NCBI GenBank assembly: GCA_964291295.2
Contig: OZ219754.1
Coordinates: 2,944,001-3,008,000 of the forward strand
Length of the DNA stretch: 64,000 nt
Reading direction: 5' to 3'
From: an uncultured Candidatus Binatia bacterium
GTDB taxonomy: Bacteria > Desulfobacterota > Binatia > UBA9968 > JAJDTQ01
How positions within the stretch are numbered: the stretch's first letter is position 1; each line of letters opens with the position of its first letter. The notes under the pieces are model-generated. The model saw only the letters and a program-made list of their open reading frames with translations. It was not told the DNA's origin and did not search any database. Position numbers and translations under genes: made by a program. Below, one piece after another: positions 1 through 9,619 of the stretch.

Positions 1-600
1 GGCGGCGGCGCTGGCTATGGCGATGTCCATGGCCGACCGCGGCGTGAACCGCTCGAAGGCATCGCCGGTGAACGGTTCCGGTTCCGGCACCTCCACCGCC
101 AGGAGCAACCCGCCGGCACCCAGCACCGACGCCCCCGGACCTTGAAAAAAGTTCTCCACCGATACGGTCTCCCGTCGGGATTCATGGCCCCACAGGGTTA
201 TCGTGGCCCCCAGCGCCATGAGCGGCGGCGCCGTATCCGCCGACGGCGAAGCATTGCACAGGTTGCCGCCGACGCTGGCCATGTTCCTCAACTGCGGCGA
301 ACCCACCACCCGGAGCGCCTCGCGGATCGAGGGAAAGCGCCGGCCCACGGCCGCGGACGTTTCCAGATCCCGCATGGGCGTGCAGGCCCTCACCTGGAGC
401 CCCTTGCCGGGCGCGCATTCCCAGCCCGAAAGCCCCGGTATCCGTTTCAGATTCACCAGCCCCTCGGCGCGGACCACCCGACGGCGCAACTGTATGACGA
501 TATCCGTACCGCCGGCAAGCGCCCGGCGCGCGCCTTTTCCCTCCCGCAACAACTCGCTCGCTTCCCGCAGGGAGGTGGGCTCGAAATAGTCAAAGCGCAT
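1..600 (-). CDS. Xanthine/CO dehydrogenase family FAD-binding subunit (CoxM-like), truncated by window edge
   Basis: Manual translation from ATG at 600: MRFDYFEPTSLREASELL...LAGGTD...QLRNMASVGGNLCNASPSADTAPPL; not in ORF track. Confidence 0.9.
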   Translation of the reverse strand, partial: MRFDYFEPTSLREASELLREGKGARRALAGGTDIVIQLRRRVVRAEGLVNLKRIPGLSGWECAPGKGLQVRACTPMRDLETSAAVGRRFPSIREALRVVGSPQLRNMASVGGNLCNASPSADTAPPLMALGATITLWGHESRRETVSVENFFQGPGASVLGAGGLLLAVEVPEPEPFTGDAFERFTPRSAMDIAIASAAA

Positions 601-631
601 GCGTGGTGCTTCCGTTCGACCCGGCTCCGGT

Positions 632-1573
632 TCAGGTCAGCCTGGGAATTACCTCCGAGGCGATCATCTCCAACTGCTCGAACTGGTAGCGGTAGGGGAT
701 CAGGATGATCCGGTGCACACCCGCGTCGACATGGGCCTGGAGCTGCTCCACGCACTGGTCCGCGGTGCCCCGAATCGCGTGCTCGATGGTCGAGTCGCTC
801 CACTTGGCGATGTCCCATTCGGTGGAGAGCCAGTGCCGCATGGGTCCGTCCGCCGCTTCCCTGGAGGGACCCACGTAAATGGCCAACTGGTTGGTGGCGG
901 TGAGCTTCGACGGGTCGCGTCCGGCCTCGTCCGCCGCCGCCAGGACCTTGGCCCAGCTCCTGGCGAAACCCTCGGGCGTATAGAAGTAGGTCAGCCAGCC
1001 GTCTCCCTTCCGCCCCGCCCGGCGCAGCACCCGATCGATGTAGCCGCCGATGAGGATGGGCGGATGGGGCTTCTGAATCGGCTTGGGCAGCAGCACCGCC
1101 GAGCGCAGGTCCAATTCGTCCACCTGCGTGGTCACCCGATCCTCGGTCCACAGCCGCACCAGCAGATCCAGATTGCGCTCGAAGATGCGGCCCCGGTCCT
1201 TGAAGGAGATGCCGACGGCATCGAACTCCCGGGCGTACCAGCCGGAGGCGACCCCCAGCAGCAGGCGTCCGTTGGAGATCCGGTCCAGACTGCCCAGCAC
1301 CTTCGCCGCCACCACCGGGTTGCGCAACGGCAGCACCATCACGCCGGTCCCCAGCCGGATGCTCCGGGTGCGCGCCGCAATGGCGGTGAGAACGGTCAAG
1401 GAGTCCAGCACCGGGAAGCTCGGGTCGACCCCCAGAAGGATATGGTCCCAGGCCCAGAGGGACTCGAAACCCAGCTCCTCGGCGCGCCGGGAATAACCTA
1501 TCAAACCGTCCACGTCCGGTGTCTCCCCCGGACCGACGAAATTGCGAATGGCGACTCCAAAACGTACCGACAT
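632..1573 (-). CDS. LLM-class flavin/F420-dependent oxidoreductase
   Basis: AEELGFESLWAWDH, LGTGVMVLPLRNP, GRLLLGVASGW, PPILIGG motifs. Confidence 0.9.
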   Translation of the reverse strand: MSVRFGVAIRNFVGPGETPDVDGLIGYSRRAEELGFESLWAWDHILLGVDPSFPVLDSLTVLTAIAARTRSIRLGTGVMVLPLRNPVVAAKVLGSLDRISNGRLLLGVASGWYAREFDAVGISFKDRGRIFERNLDLLVRLWTEDRVTTQVDELDLRSAVLLPKPIQKPHPPILIGGYIDRVLRRAGRKGDGWLTYFYTPEGFARSWAKVLAAADEAGRDPSKLTATNQLAIYVGPSREAADGPMRHWLSTEWDIAKWSDSTIEHAIRGTADQCVEQLQAHVDAGVHRIILIPYRYQFEQLEMIASEVIPRLT

Positions 1574-1593
1574 TTATCCAGGCCCCTCAGGTT

Positions 1594-2367
1594 TCACGCA
1601 CGGCCCTGACCCAGAAAACTCCTCTCCGGGTCGATGCTCCGCAAAGTTTCCAACTCTTCCTCGCTGGGCGGCTCGGTGACCGTCGGGCGATCGGGCACGG
1701 ACAATTCGAACCCGGTGTTGTCCAGCACCTGCTGCACGGTGACGCCCGGGTTGAGGCTCTCCAGCCGCAGCCGGCGCGTCTCGTCGTCGAACACCAGCGT
1801 GCCCAGGTGGGTCACGATACGGCTGACGGTGCCGAACAGGAGCCCCGCCTCGCGGCGGGCATCTCCGCCCGACAGGAATCCCGGACTGGTGACGAAGTCC
1901 ACCCGCGGCACGAATCGGCGCCGTTCGTGCATGGTCACCACCATGACCCTGCGGCACAGCGAGATGATGTCGTTGGCCCCGCCGCTGCCCGGCAGACGGA
2001 CCTTGGGCCGCTGATAGCTGCCGATGACACTGGAGTTGAGGTTGCCATGACAGTCGATCTGCGCGCCGCCGACGAAACCCACATCAAGGAAACCCCGCTG
2101 GGCGAACAGGAACGTGTCGGTGATGCCCGGCAGCATCTGCGCCCGGGGCGCGGTACGCATCTCGTTGGTGGAGTATGGCAACCGGCCCGGAACCATCCTG
2201 GGACCCAGGCTGCCCCCCTCCACCACGATGACGAGCTGAGGGGCGCGGGTCTTCTGCGCCAGCACGGCGGACACCAGCGGCACGCCCACGCCGGCGAACA
2301 CCGAGGTCACGCCCGCAAGCTGGCGGGAAGCGATCACCGCCAGAAGCTCGGTGGCCGAGCAGTTCAT
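1594..2367 (-). CDS. Family I CoA-transferase beta subunit (GctB/PcaJ-like)
   Basis: MNCSATELL...FAGVGVP...VVEGG...GGAQID..GNLNSS...RLPGSGGANDI; start overlaps alpha-subunit stop. Confidence 0.88.
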   Translation of the reverse strand: MNCSATELLAVIASRQLAGVTSVFAGVGVPLVSAVLAQKTRAPQLVIVVEGGSLGPRMVPGRLPYSTNEMRTAPRAQMLPGITDTFLFAQRGFLDVGFVGGAQIDCHGNLNSSVIGSYQRPKVRLPGSGGANDIISLCRRVMVVTMHERRRFVPRVDFVTSPGFLSGGDARREAGLLFGTVSRIVTHLGTLVFDDETRRLRLESLNPGVTVQQVLDNTGFELSVPDRPTVTEPPSEEELETLRSIDPERSFLGQGRA

Positions 2368-3320
2368 CCCGGCCCCAGCAATTCCTCGGCACAGCGTCGC
2401 TGCCGCGCCAGCGCCTCTTCGCCGAACAGCGCCAGGTAGGCCTCGTGACCCGGAACACCGTAGACGTAGCGGTCGAGATAGTCGTGGATGGCGCCGGTAC
2501 CGCGCGCCCTGACGGCGTCGGTGTAGGCCTCGAAATGGGCGAAGTCGGCTTCGTACAAGCCGTAGCACTCGTGCGGGAAGGAGCCGTAGGGCGTCTCCAC
2601 CACCGCATCCACCACCAGTCCCGGAATCACCGTGCGGTCCGGCCGGCGGCGAACCTCCTCCTCGGCAATGATCTCCTCGGCGGTGACGATGACCGTGGCG
2701 GCGGCCTTGGCGATATCCGCGTCCATGTGCGGATAGCCGTCGATCTGGCAGTTGCCGAAACGGTCGGCCCGATGCACGTGGATCAGCGCCACCTCGGGGA
2801 ACAGGGCCGGCACGAGACAAAGGGTCTCTCCCGTGAACGGGCATTTCATGGTCCGGGTGTCGGTGACCTCCATGAGGTCCGAACCCAGCATGGTCAGGGT
2901 GGGCAGGAACGGGATGCCCATGGCACCGGCCCGGTAACGGAGTCCGAGCCCCAGATGGCTCCACTCCTCGAACCGGATGCGCCCTCCTTCCACCTCTTCG
3001 CGAAGCTTGAGGGAAAGCCCCCAAGGGAGCGCGATGTCGAACCAGCTCGTCATCAGCGCGTCCACGGCCTTGGCGGCCATGAACAACTCGCCCTCGTAGC
3101 ACATGAGGTTCCGGGAAAGGGTCAGGCCGCGTCTTTGCTGGCGCAACACCTCCATCAGCGCAGCCAGCGGGCTGCGCGAGAAGAGACATCCGCCGATGGC
3201 GATGTGGTCGCCGTCCCGAACCCGCCCAACGGCTTGCTCCAGGGTCGTGAGCTTCTCACCGGTGTACTGGGGCTTGGCCTCAAGCCGGCGGCGCGCCTCG
3301 ACGAAATCGGCGGATTTCAT
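2364..3320 (-). CDS. Family I CoA-transferase alpha subunit (GctA/PcaI-like)
   Basis: VRDGDHIAIGG, RAGAMGIPFLP, ALIHVHRADRFGN, TVIPGLVVDAVV. Confidence 0.9.
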   Translation of the reverse strand: MKSADFVEARRRLEAKPQYTGEKLTTLEQAVGRVRDGDHIAIGGCLFSRSPLAALMEVLRQQRRGLTLSRNLMCYEGELFMAAKAVDALMTSWFDIALPWGLSLKLREEVEGGRIRFEEWSHLGLGLRYRAGAMGIPFLPTLTMLGSDLMEVTDTRTMKCPFTGETLCLVPALFPEVALIHVHRADRFGNCQIDGYPHMDADIAKAAATVIVTAEEIIAEEEVRRRPDRTVIPGLVVDAVVETPYGSFPHECYGLYEADFAHFEAYTDAVRARGTGAIHDYLDRYVYGVPGHEAYLALFGEEALARQRRCAEELLGPG

Positions 3321-3434
3321 CAGGACACGAGTCCTCTTTCCGGGCCTTGTTCCGGGCGGCCCCGATGGTGGTCAGGGCCGCATGTGGCGGGTGCCGTCAT
3401 GCTCCAAGGCTGCTAACATCAAAGCCCGGTGCGG

Positions 3435-4367
3435 TCAACTCCCGCTCCGGCCAAGGAAGCGGCGGCACATTTCGTGGATGGCATCGACCCGGACCGGATG
3501 CAACCAGTGGAGGTCCGGCTGGGCGCGAAACCAGGTGAGTTGGCGCTTGGCCAGTCGGCGGGTGGCCTGCTGCATCGAAGACAACGCTTCCGCCTGGCTC
3601 AAACGCCCCATGAGGCACTGAACCGCCTGGCGATAGCCGACGCTGCGCATGCTGCGCAGAGCCGGCCCATAGCCCCCATCGAGAAGCCCCCGGACCTCGT
3701 CCAGCAACCCCTCCGCCATCATGCGTTGGCAACGGGCATCAATGCCGGCGTACAACTCCGGGCGCGGCCGCTCGAGTCCCAGTCCCAGCACGTCGAAGGG
3801 CCGGTCGCCGAACCCGTGCTCGCGCTGCCACTGGCTCAATCGCCTGCCGGTGCCGTGGAACACCTCCAGCGCGCGCACGATGCGGACCCGGTCCCGGCGG
3901 TGAATCCGCGCCGCCGCCTCCGGGTCCACCTGTCTCAGGCGCTCGAAAAGAGCCTCCGGACCCTGTTCCGCCGCGGAGCGCCGGAGCTCGGCCCGCAATA
4001 CCGGATTCGGCGCCGGCCCGGCGAACAGACCCCGGGTCAGCGCCTTCACGTAGAGTCCGGTGCCCCCCGCCACCAGCACGCCGCGCCCCCGGGCCCAGAC
4101 CCCCTGGATGGCCTCCAGCGCCAGTTCCCTGAACCGCGCGACGTGGAACTCCTCGTCCGGGTCGACGACGTCGAGCAGGTGATGCGGCCGCCGCCGTCGT
4201 TGCGCCGGCGTCGGCTTGGCCGTCCCGATGTCCATGGTACGGTACACCTGCATCGAGTCGGCGCTCACGATCTCGAGGTCGAGGCGCTCCGCGAGGACCA
4301 GCGCCGCCTCGGTCTTGCCGACCCCGGTGGGGCCCACGAGCAACAGGATCCTCGGTCTGGTGTTCAC
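3435..4367 (-). CDS. miaA: tRNA dimethylallyltransferase
   Basis: GPTGVGKT, SADSMQVYRTMDIGTAKP, GGTGLY, AKRQLTWF; downstream of mutL; GTG start approximate. Confidence 0.95.
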   Translation of the reverse strand: MNTRPRILLLVGPTGVGKTEAALVLAERLDLEIVSADSMQVYRTMDIGTAKPTPAQRRRRPHHLLDVVDPDEEFHVARFRELALEAIQGVWARGRGVLVAGGTGLYVKALTRGLFAGPAPNPVLRAELRRSAAEQGPEALFERLRQVDPEAAARIHRRDRVRIVRALEVFHGTGRRLSQWQREHGFGDRPFDVLGLGLERPRPELYAGIDARCQRMMAEGLLDEVRGLLDGGYGPALRSMRSVGYRQAVQCLMGRLSQAEALSSMQQATRRLAKRQLTWFRAQPDLHWLHPVRVDAIHEMCRRFLGRSGS

Positions 4368-4522
4368 GGAGTTGGCATCCACGGAGCCGGCGGCCGGTGC
4401 GGCCGTTTCACACGATGATCCGGGGGTCTTCCCGAGGGCGGCCAGGCGCGCCGCCCGCACCCGCCCGTCTCCGGCGGCAGAAAGCCTGCGCATCGCGTCA
4501 TGCGAAGCAGCCGGACAAGACC

Positions 4523-6283
4523 TCAGGCGCGCCGGAACAGATGCTCGAGTTGGCTGCGGCTGAACCGGACCATCACGGGCCGGCCGTGAGGACACTGAGT
4601 GGCGAACTCGGTCTCGTCGAGCTGCCGGAGAAGCGCCTCCATTTCCTCCCGTCTGAGTATCCGGCTGGCGCGGATCACGCTGTGGCAGGCAATGCTCATG
4701 AGACGCTGCTGATAGCCGTCGTGCAGCTCCGCGGACCGACCCGTTTCGGCAAACTCGCTGATCATGGCCCGCACCGCGTCGCGGTAGTCGCCTTCGGCCA
4801 GCAGGGCCGGCACCGTCCTCAGCGAGAAGGTGTTGCGACCGAAGGGCTCCAGGGTGAAGCCGGCCTTCTCGAGGACGCCGAGCCGCTCCTCCAGGACCAG
4901 GGCCTCGGTGACGGGAAGTTCGAGGAGCTGGGGCATCAGCAGTTCCTGCCGCTCGATGCGTCCCGCGTCGATGTCCGCGCGCATTCGCTGGAAGGCGACC
5001 CGCTCGTGCGCCGCGTGCTGGTCCACAAGGACCATGCCGGGTTCGCCATGACAAAGGATGTAACAGCCCAACACCTGCCCCACGACGGTGAGCGACGAGA
5101 AATTTCCCGGCGCGCCTTCGGCGCCCGATCGGAGGCCGCCGGGTCTGTTCGCATCCGGAAGCGCGGCGCGCGGCGTCAGGGAGAGGTTCGGGAGCATGGA
5201 CGCGCCCCGGTACGCCGCCTCCGGCTCGCGCACCCCGGCCGGCGGCGGCGTTGCCGGGTGCCCGGGCCGGCTGTCCGGCGCTGCCGGTTCCCCCCCCTGG
5301 GCGGCCGCCTTCAGGGCACCGCGCACCGCGGCCAGTACCGTCTCGTAGAGCTCATGCTGGCGCCGGAACCGCACCTCCGTCTTGGCCGGATGCACATTCA
5401 CGTCCACAAGTCGGTGCGGCAGATCCAGATAGAGAACGGCGGCGGGAAAACGTCCCTTCATGAGCAGCGTGTCGTAGGCCTTCAGCATCGCGTGCATCAG
5501 GAGCTTGTCCCGCACGAAGCGCCGGTTGACGAAGGTAACCATATAGCGGGAGTTGCCGAAGGACGTGGGCGCCTGACTCGCGAAGCCCTCGCACCGCAGG
5601 TGCTCCCGGGTCAGGGAGAAGGGCGCGAGGTCGCGGCCGGCGTCGCCGAAGACCTGCCGCACCCGGTCCTGGAGCCTTGTGGTCGCGGCATAGTCCGCAA
5701 GCCTCCTGGCGCCGTGATGGAGCCGGAAATGCACCGATGGATGCGCCAGTGCCGTGCGGTTCAGGACATCGCTGACGTACTTGATCTCCGTCCGCGGAGC
5801 CTTCATGAACTTGAGCCTGGCCGGGACATGATGGAACAGGTCGCGCACCTCGACGGTGGTCCCCGCAGGGCAACCGGCGGCGGCCGGACTCCCCTTGCGA
5901 CCGTTCTCGACCCGGAACCGGCAGCCGATTTCCTGGGTAGCCGGACGCGACACCATCTCCACGGCCGCCACCGAGGCGATGCTTGGCAGCGCCTCGCCCC
6001 GGAAGCCCATGGTGGCGATCTCCGCCAGATCCGCCTCGCTCCGGATCTTGCTGGTGGAATGGCGCTCGAAGGCCCGGGGCAACTCCTCCCGGGCCACGCC
6101 CTCACCATCGTCGCTGACCCTGATGAGAGACGTGCCGTTGCCCTCCACCAGCACGGATATCTCGCCGGCCCCGGCGTCGAGGGCGTTGTCCATCAACTCC
6201 TGCACCACCGACGCCGGCCGTTCCACCACCTCGCCGGCGGCGATGCGATCGATCAGATTGTCCGGCAGTATCGCGATCGTCAT
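4523..6283 (-). CDS. mutL: DNA mismatch repair endonuclease MutL
   Basis: IAAGEVVERPAS, GFRGEALPSI, DVNVHPAK, DQHAAHER and CPHGRP endonuclease motifs. Confidence 0.97.
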   Translation of the reverse strand: MTIAILPDNLIDRIAAGEVVERPASVVQELMDNALDAGAGEISVLVEGNGTSLIRVSDDGEGVAREELPRAFERHSTSKIRSEADLAEIATMGFRGEALPSIASVAAVEMVSRPATQEIGCRFRVENGRKGSPAAAGCPAGTTVEVRDLFHHVPARLKFMKAPRTEIKYVSDVLNRTALAHPSVHFRLHHGARRLADYAATTRLQDRVRQVFGDAGRDLAPFSLTREHLRCEGFASQAPTSFGNSRYMVTFVNRRFVRDKLLMHAMLKAYDTLLMKGRFPAAVLYLDLPHRLVDVNVHPAKTEVRFRRQHELYETVLAAVRGALKAAAQGGEPAAPDSRPGHPATPPPAGVREPEAAYRGASMLPNLSLTPRAALPDANRPGGLRSGAEGAPGNFSSLTVVGQVLGCYILCHGEPGMVLVDQHAAHERVAFQRMRADIDAGRIERQELLMPQLLELPVTEALVLEERLGVLEKAGFTLEPFGRNTFSLRTVPALLAEGDYRDAVRAMISEFAETGRSAELHDGYQQRLMSIACHSVIRASRILRREEMEALLRQLDETEFATQCPHGRPVMVRFSRSQLEHLFRRA

Positions 6284-6384
6284 GAAACCCTCGTCCCTGA
6301 AGACTAATCCACGAGGTTCGCACCCGTCAACGCGCCGGCGGGGCCTGTTGACACCCCGAACCCGCGCTGGATAAGGTCGGCTCC

Positions 6385-7221
6385 ATGGACGCTCCCTTCC
6401 CGGCAGTCCCGGCGCGGCGGCGACGCGCGCTCGGGGCCGCATTCCGGTGGCTGTGGTTCGGAGCCTGCCTTTGGCTCCCCCTGCAGGCCGCCGCCGCCCC
6501 GGACGTCCTCATGGAGGTGCGGCGGATCGTCATCGATCCCACCAGCCGGACACCGGTGGTGATCCTCAAGGGGGGCGGCCGGCTGCTGCCCATCTGGATC
6601 GGCAAGGCCGAGGCCTCGTCCATCGCCCGCGCCATCGAGGGACAACAGATGCCCCGGCCCGATACCCACGACCTGGTGCGAAATCTCCTGGAAGGACTGG
6701 AGGCGGTGCTGGAACGGGTGACGATCACTGAACTGCGGGAAGGGACCTATTTCGCGGTCATCGGTCTCAAGGCCGGCCGGCAGCGGATTCCCATCGATTC
6801 GCGTCCCAGCGACGCCATCGCCGTGGCGCTGCGCACGGGCGCGCCGATCTACGCGACGCCCCAGGTGCTGGAACAGGGCGTGCGCCTCGACGCCCCCGCG
6901 CTCCGGCACGGCAGCGGCGTCACGCGCACAATGGGCCTGCATCTGCAGGACCTCACCGCCGAACTGGGCAAGCTGTTCGCCACACGACTGCGGGAAGGCG
7001 TGCTGATTGCCCACGTGGACAGCGACGGTGCCGCCTCCGGACAGGGCTTCCGGCGTGGGGACGTCATCGTCCGGATGAACGGAAAGCCGGTCCGCAATAC
7101 GCGCGAACTGGAGGCCCTCCTGGCCTCGCGCCCGGGAGCCGGCCGGCACACCTTCCACATACAAAGAGACGGCGGGCCCGTCACCATCGTCGTGGACCCG
7201 CCGTCTCAAGGACCGCGTTGA
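6385..7221 (+). CDS. Bifunctional nuclease (DUF151) fused to C-terminal PDZ domain
   Basis: LPIWIG..EA..I, PRPDTHDL, IDSRPSDAIAVALR, then PDZ-like GVLIAHV...GFRRGDVIVRMNG. Confidence 0.85.
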   Translation: MDAPFPAVPARRRRALGAAFRWLWFGACLWLPLQAAAAPDVLMEVRRIVIDPTSRTPVVILKGGGRLLPIWIGKAEASSIARAIEGQQMPRPDTHDLVRNLLEGLEAVLERVTITELREGTYFAVIGLKAGRQRIPIDSRPSDAIAVALRTGAPIYATPQVLEQGVRLDAPALRHGSGVTRTMGLHLQDLTAELGKLFATRLREGVLIAHVDSDGAASGQGFRRGDVIVRMNGKPVRNTRELEALLASRPGAGRHTFHIQRDGGPVTIVVDPPSQGPR

Positions 7222-7239
7222 TGTTTCAGGCCGAGAGGC

Positions 7240-8679
7240 TCAACCCGCGCCGTTGCCGTTGAACAGTACCTTGCCCCACTTCCTGGCCGTGGCGTCGAGC
7301 ACCTCCGGACTGGACTCCGCCACCGGCGGGAACTCGCTCATCCACTCGTAGGGACGGCACGCGTCGATGATGGCGCGGGAGTTGAAGCCCTTCTTCGTGG
7401 GGTGCACGATGGGGTCGAGGGGGCCGCTCCAGGCGCGCCGGATGATGTCGATGTCGCCATCCGGATCAGAGCGCGTCGCCAGGGCCCAGATCACGTCATC
7501 GGTGTTGGAGGGGTCAATGTCGTCGTCCACGACAATGACGTAGCGGCCGAGGTAGGCGCCCGCGTGGCACTGGGAAGCCACCACCGCGGCCTGGCGCGCG
7601 TGTCCCGGGTAGCGCTGCTTGATGGAGACCACCATGACCAGACGGCTGCCGCCAGCCACCATCAGCCAGACACCCCTGACATCGGGAACGCCGGCTTTCT
7701 CCATCTCGTCCCAGATGAGCGCCGAACGCAGGTACGACCGGTACCAGCCGAGCTCGGCCGGCGGCCTTCCCGGAGGCGAGCCGAGGATGATGGGGTCGTT
7801 CCGATGGTACAGGCGCTTGATCTTCACGATGGGCTCGTTCCGCTCCGCGCTGGCATAGTAGCCGGTCCACTCGCCGAACGGGCCCTCGACACGATCCTCG
7901 CCGAAGATCACGTCGCCCTCCACCACGATCTCGGCATTGGCCGGAACCATCAACCCGGAGTACGGCGCCTTGACCACCTCCAGGGGCTCTCCGCGAATAC
8001 CCCCCAGGAAGTCGTACTCGGGCACGCCGTAGGGCACCTCGATGCTTCCGCCCAGGAAGACCAGCGGGTCATGCCCGAAGGACATGGCCATCTTGAAGGA
8101 CTCGCCGGTCTGCTGGTACTTGTCCCGGTGGATCCGGCCGTGCTTGCCCGGAGAGATGTAGAAGCCCACGGTGTCGGAATCGTGGACCATGACCCGATAC
8201 GTGCCCCAGTTGGTCCAGCCTTCGTCCCGGTCCGCGGTGATGTCGATGCTGCCGGTGCCGATGTAGCGGCCGCCGTCCCGCTCGTGCCAGCGGGGCGTGG
8301 GGAACTTGAGCAGATCAATGTCGCCCTCTTCGAAAACGTTCTCGAACAGCGGGCCGTCCTTCAGCACCTTGGCGGGGACAGGCTTGATCTTCCTGTAATG
8401 CTCGCGCCACGTGTTGACGAACTCCATCTTGCTGTCGCCCGGGGGCAGGTTCAGAGTCAAGCCGATACGCTTCCGCGAACTCAGCGAGTTGGACAGGACG
8501 CGGTAGCCCTTGGGGTGGTCCTTGATCTCGTCGAACAGCACCGCGGGGCCGTCTTCCCTGCGCATCACCATCTCGGTAATGGCGCCGATCTCAAGATCCC
8601 AGTCGCAGCCCCTCAGGGTCTTGAGCTCCCCCATCGCATTCGCCTTGTCGATCCACTCGCGGCAATCATTGAATTCCAT
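7240..8679 (-). CDS. UbiD-family (prFMN) decarboxylase #1
   Basis: EGPFGEWTGYY, DGGRYIGT, VVDDDIDP...WALATR; start set at MEFNDCREW. Confidence 0.92.
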   Translation of the reverse strand: MEFNDCREWIDKANAMGELKTLRGCDWDLEIGAITEMVMRREDGPAVLFDEIKDHPKGYRVLSNSLSSRKRIGLTLNLPPGDSKMEFVNTWREHYRKIKPVPAKVLKDGPLFENVFEEGDIDLLKFPTPRWHERDGGRYIGTGSIDITADRDEGWTNWGTYRVMVHDSDTVGFYISPGKHGRIHRDKYQQTGESFKMAMSFGHDPLVFLGGSIEVPYGVPEYDFLGGIRGEPLEVVKAPYSGLMVPANAEIVVEGDVIFGEDRVEGPFGEWTGYYASAERNEPIVKIKRLYHRNDPIILGSPPGRPPAELGWYRSYLRSALIWDEMEKAGVPDVRGVWLMVAGGSRLVMVVSIKQRYPGHARQAAVVASQCHAGAYLGRYVIVVDDDIDPSNTDDVIWALATRSDPDGDIDIIRRAWSGPLDPIVHPTKKGFNSRAIIDACRPYEWMSEFPPVAESSPEVLDATARKWGKVLFNGNGAG

Positions 8680-8728
8680 CGTTACCTCCGCTCGGTATGC
8701 ATTCCATCTGCCGTGCTTTCGGGACGTG

Positions 8729-9118
8729 TCAGGTCTTCTGGTACATGCCTCGCCCCATGCGCCTGATCCGGCCATCCTTGGACCACCGTACCACTACCTG
8801 CCGGAGATAGGCCCTGGGCTTCTCGCTCGCCGTCTTGTTGGCGCCCACGGTGTCGAGAGTGAACTCCTTCGGCAAGGTGTCGAAAATCGCGTTCCAGTCG
8901 ATCATGGCGCCGCGAGGCCCCCGTCTCTGCACCTGTCCGGAGCGGGCGGGCCGGCCGCGCCGGCGGCGCGGTTCTCGACCTCCATCCAGCATGTCGTAGA
9001 TGATCTCATGCCGCTTGATATCGTCCCGGAGCGTGGCCACCCGCGCGGTGGCCGCCGCCAGTTCCTTCTTCAACAGATCGATCTGCTGCCTGACACTTAC
9101 CTTCAGAGCCAAGGCCAT
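8729..9118 (-). CDS. Hypothetical basic protein (coiled coil, RGRP motif, possible wHTH)
   Basis: 129-aa ORF with strong SD (AAGGAGG) upstream. Confidence 0.75.
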   Translation of the reverse strand: MALALKVSVRQQIDLLKKELAAATARVATLRDDIKRHEIIYDMLDGGREPRRRRGRPARSGQVQRRGPRGAMIDWNAIFDTLPKEFTLDTVGANKTASEKPRAYLRQVVVRWSKDGRIRRMGRGMYQKT

Positions 9119-9395
9119 CTTTCCTCCTTGCTTCCCCCTTGCTTGAGCAATGCCATCCTAGTTAGCACGCCATTTCACAAATCACAATTGGCAAATCATC
9201 GCGACTCCATCGATTGCATCCACCCATGGACCCGTGATGGACTCCTTCGTGATCCACTCCATGCCAACGGCTTCGCAAATGCCGATCCCTGTGATATCAT
9301 CCCCGAATTGAAGTCGAACGTGCAGTCACGTGCAGTCGAACGCGGCCTCGCCAGCGGTGAGGCCGAACCCATCGAAAGGACTCGGGACGGCAGCC

Positions 9396-9587
9396 ATGGC
9401 CAGAAAATGCTCCATCTGCGGCAAGGGACCCGCCGTCGGGAACAACGTCAGCCACGCCAACAACAAGACCCGCCGCCGCTGGCTGCCGAACCTCCAGCAG
9501 GTTCGAGCACGGCTGAACGGCGCCGTCCGGCGCATACGCGTCTGTACCCGGTGTCTGCGCTCCGGCAAGGTCGAAAAGGTCGCGTGA
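9396..9587 (+). CDS. rpmB: 50S ribosomal protein L28 (Zn-binding form)
   Basis: [40 protein letters not shown]. Confidence 0.97.
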   Translation: MARKCSICGKGPAVGNNVSHANNKTRRRWLPNLQQVRARLNGAVRRIRVCTRCLRSGKVEKVA

Positions 9588-9619
9588 GTTCGCATCCGGC
9601 CGGCACCGGAAACGACCCC

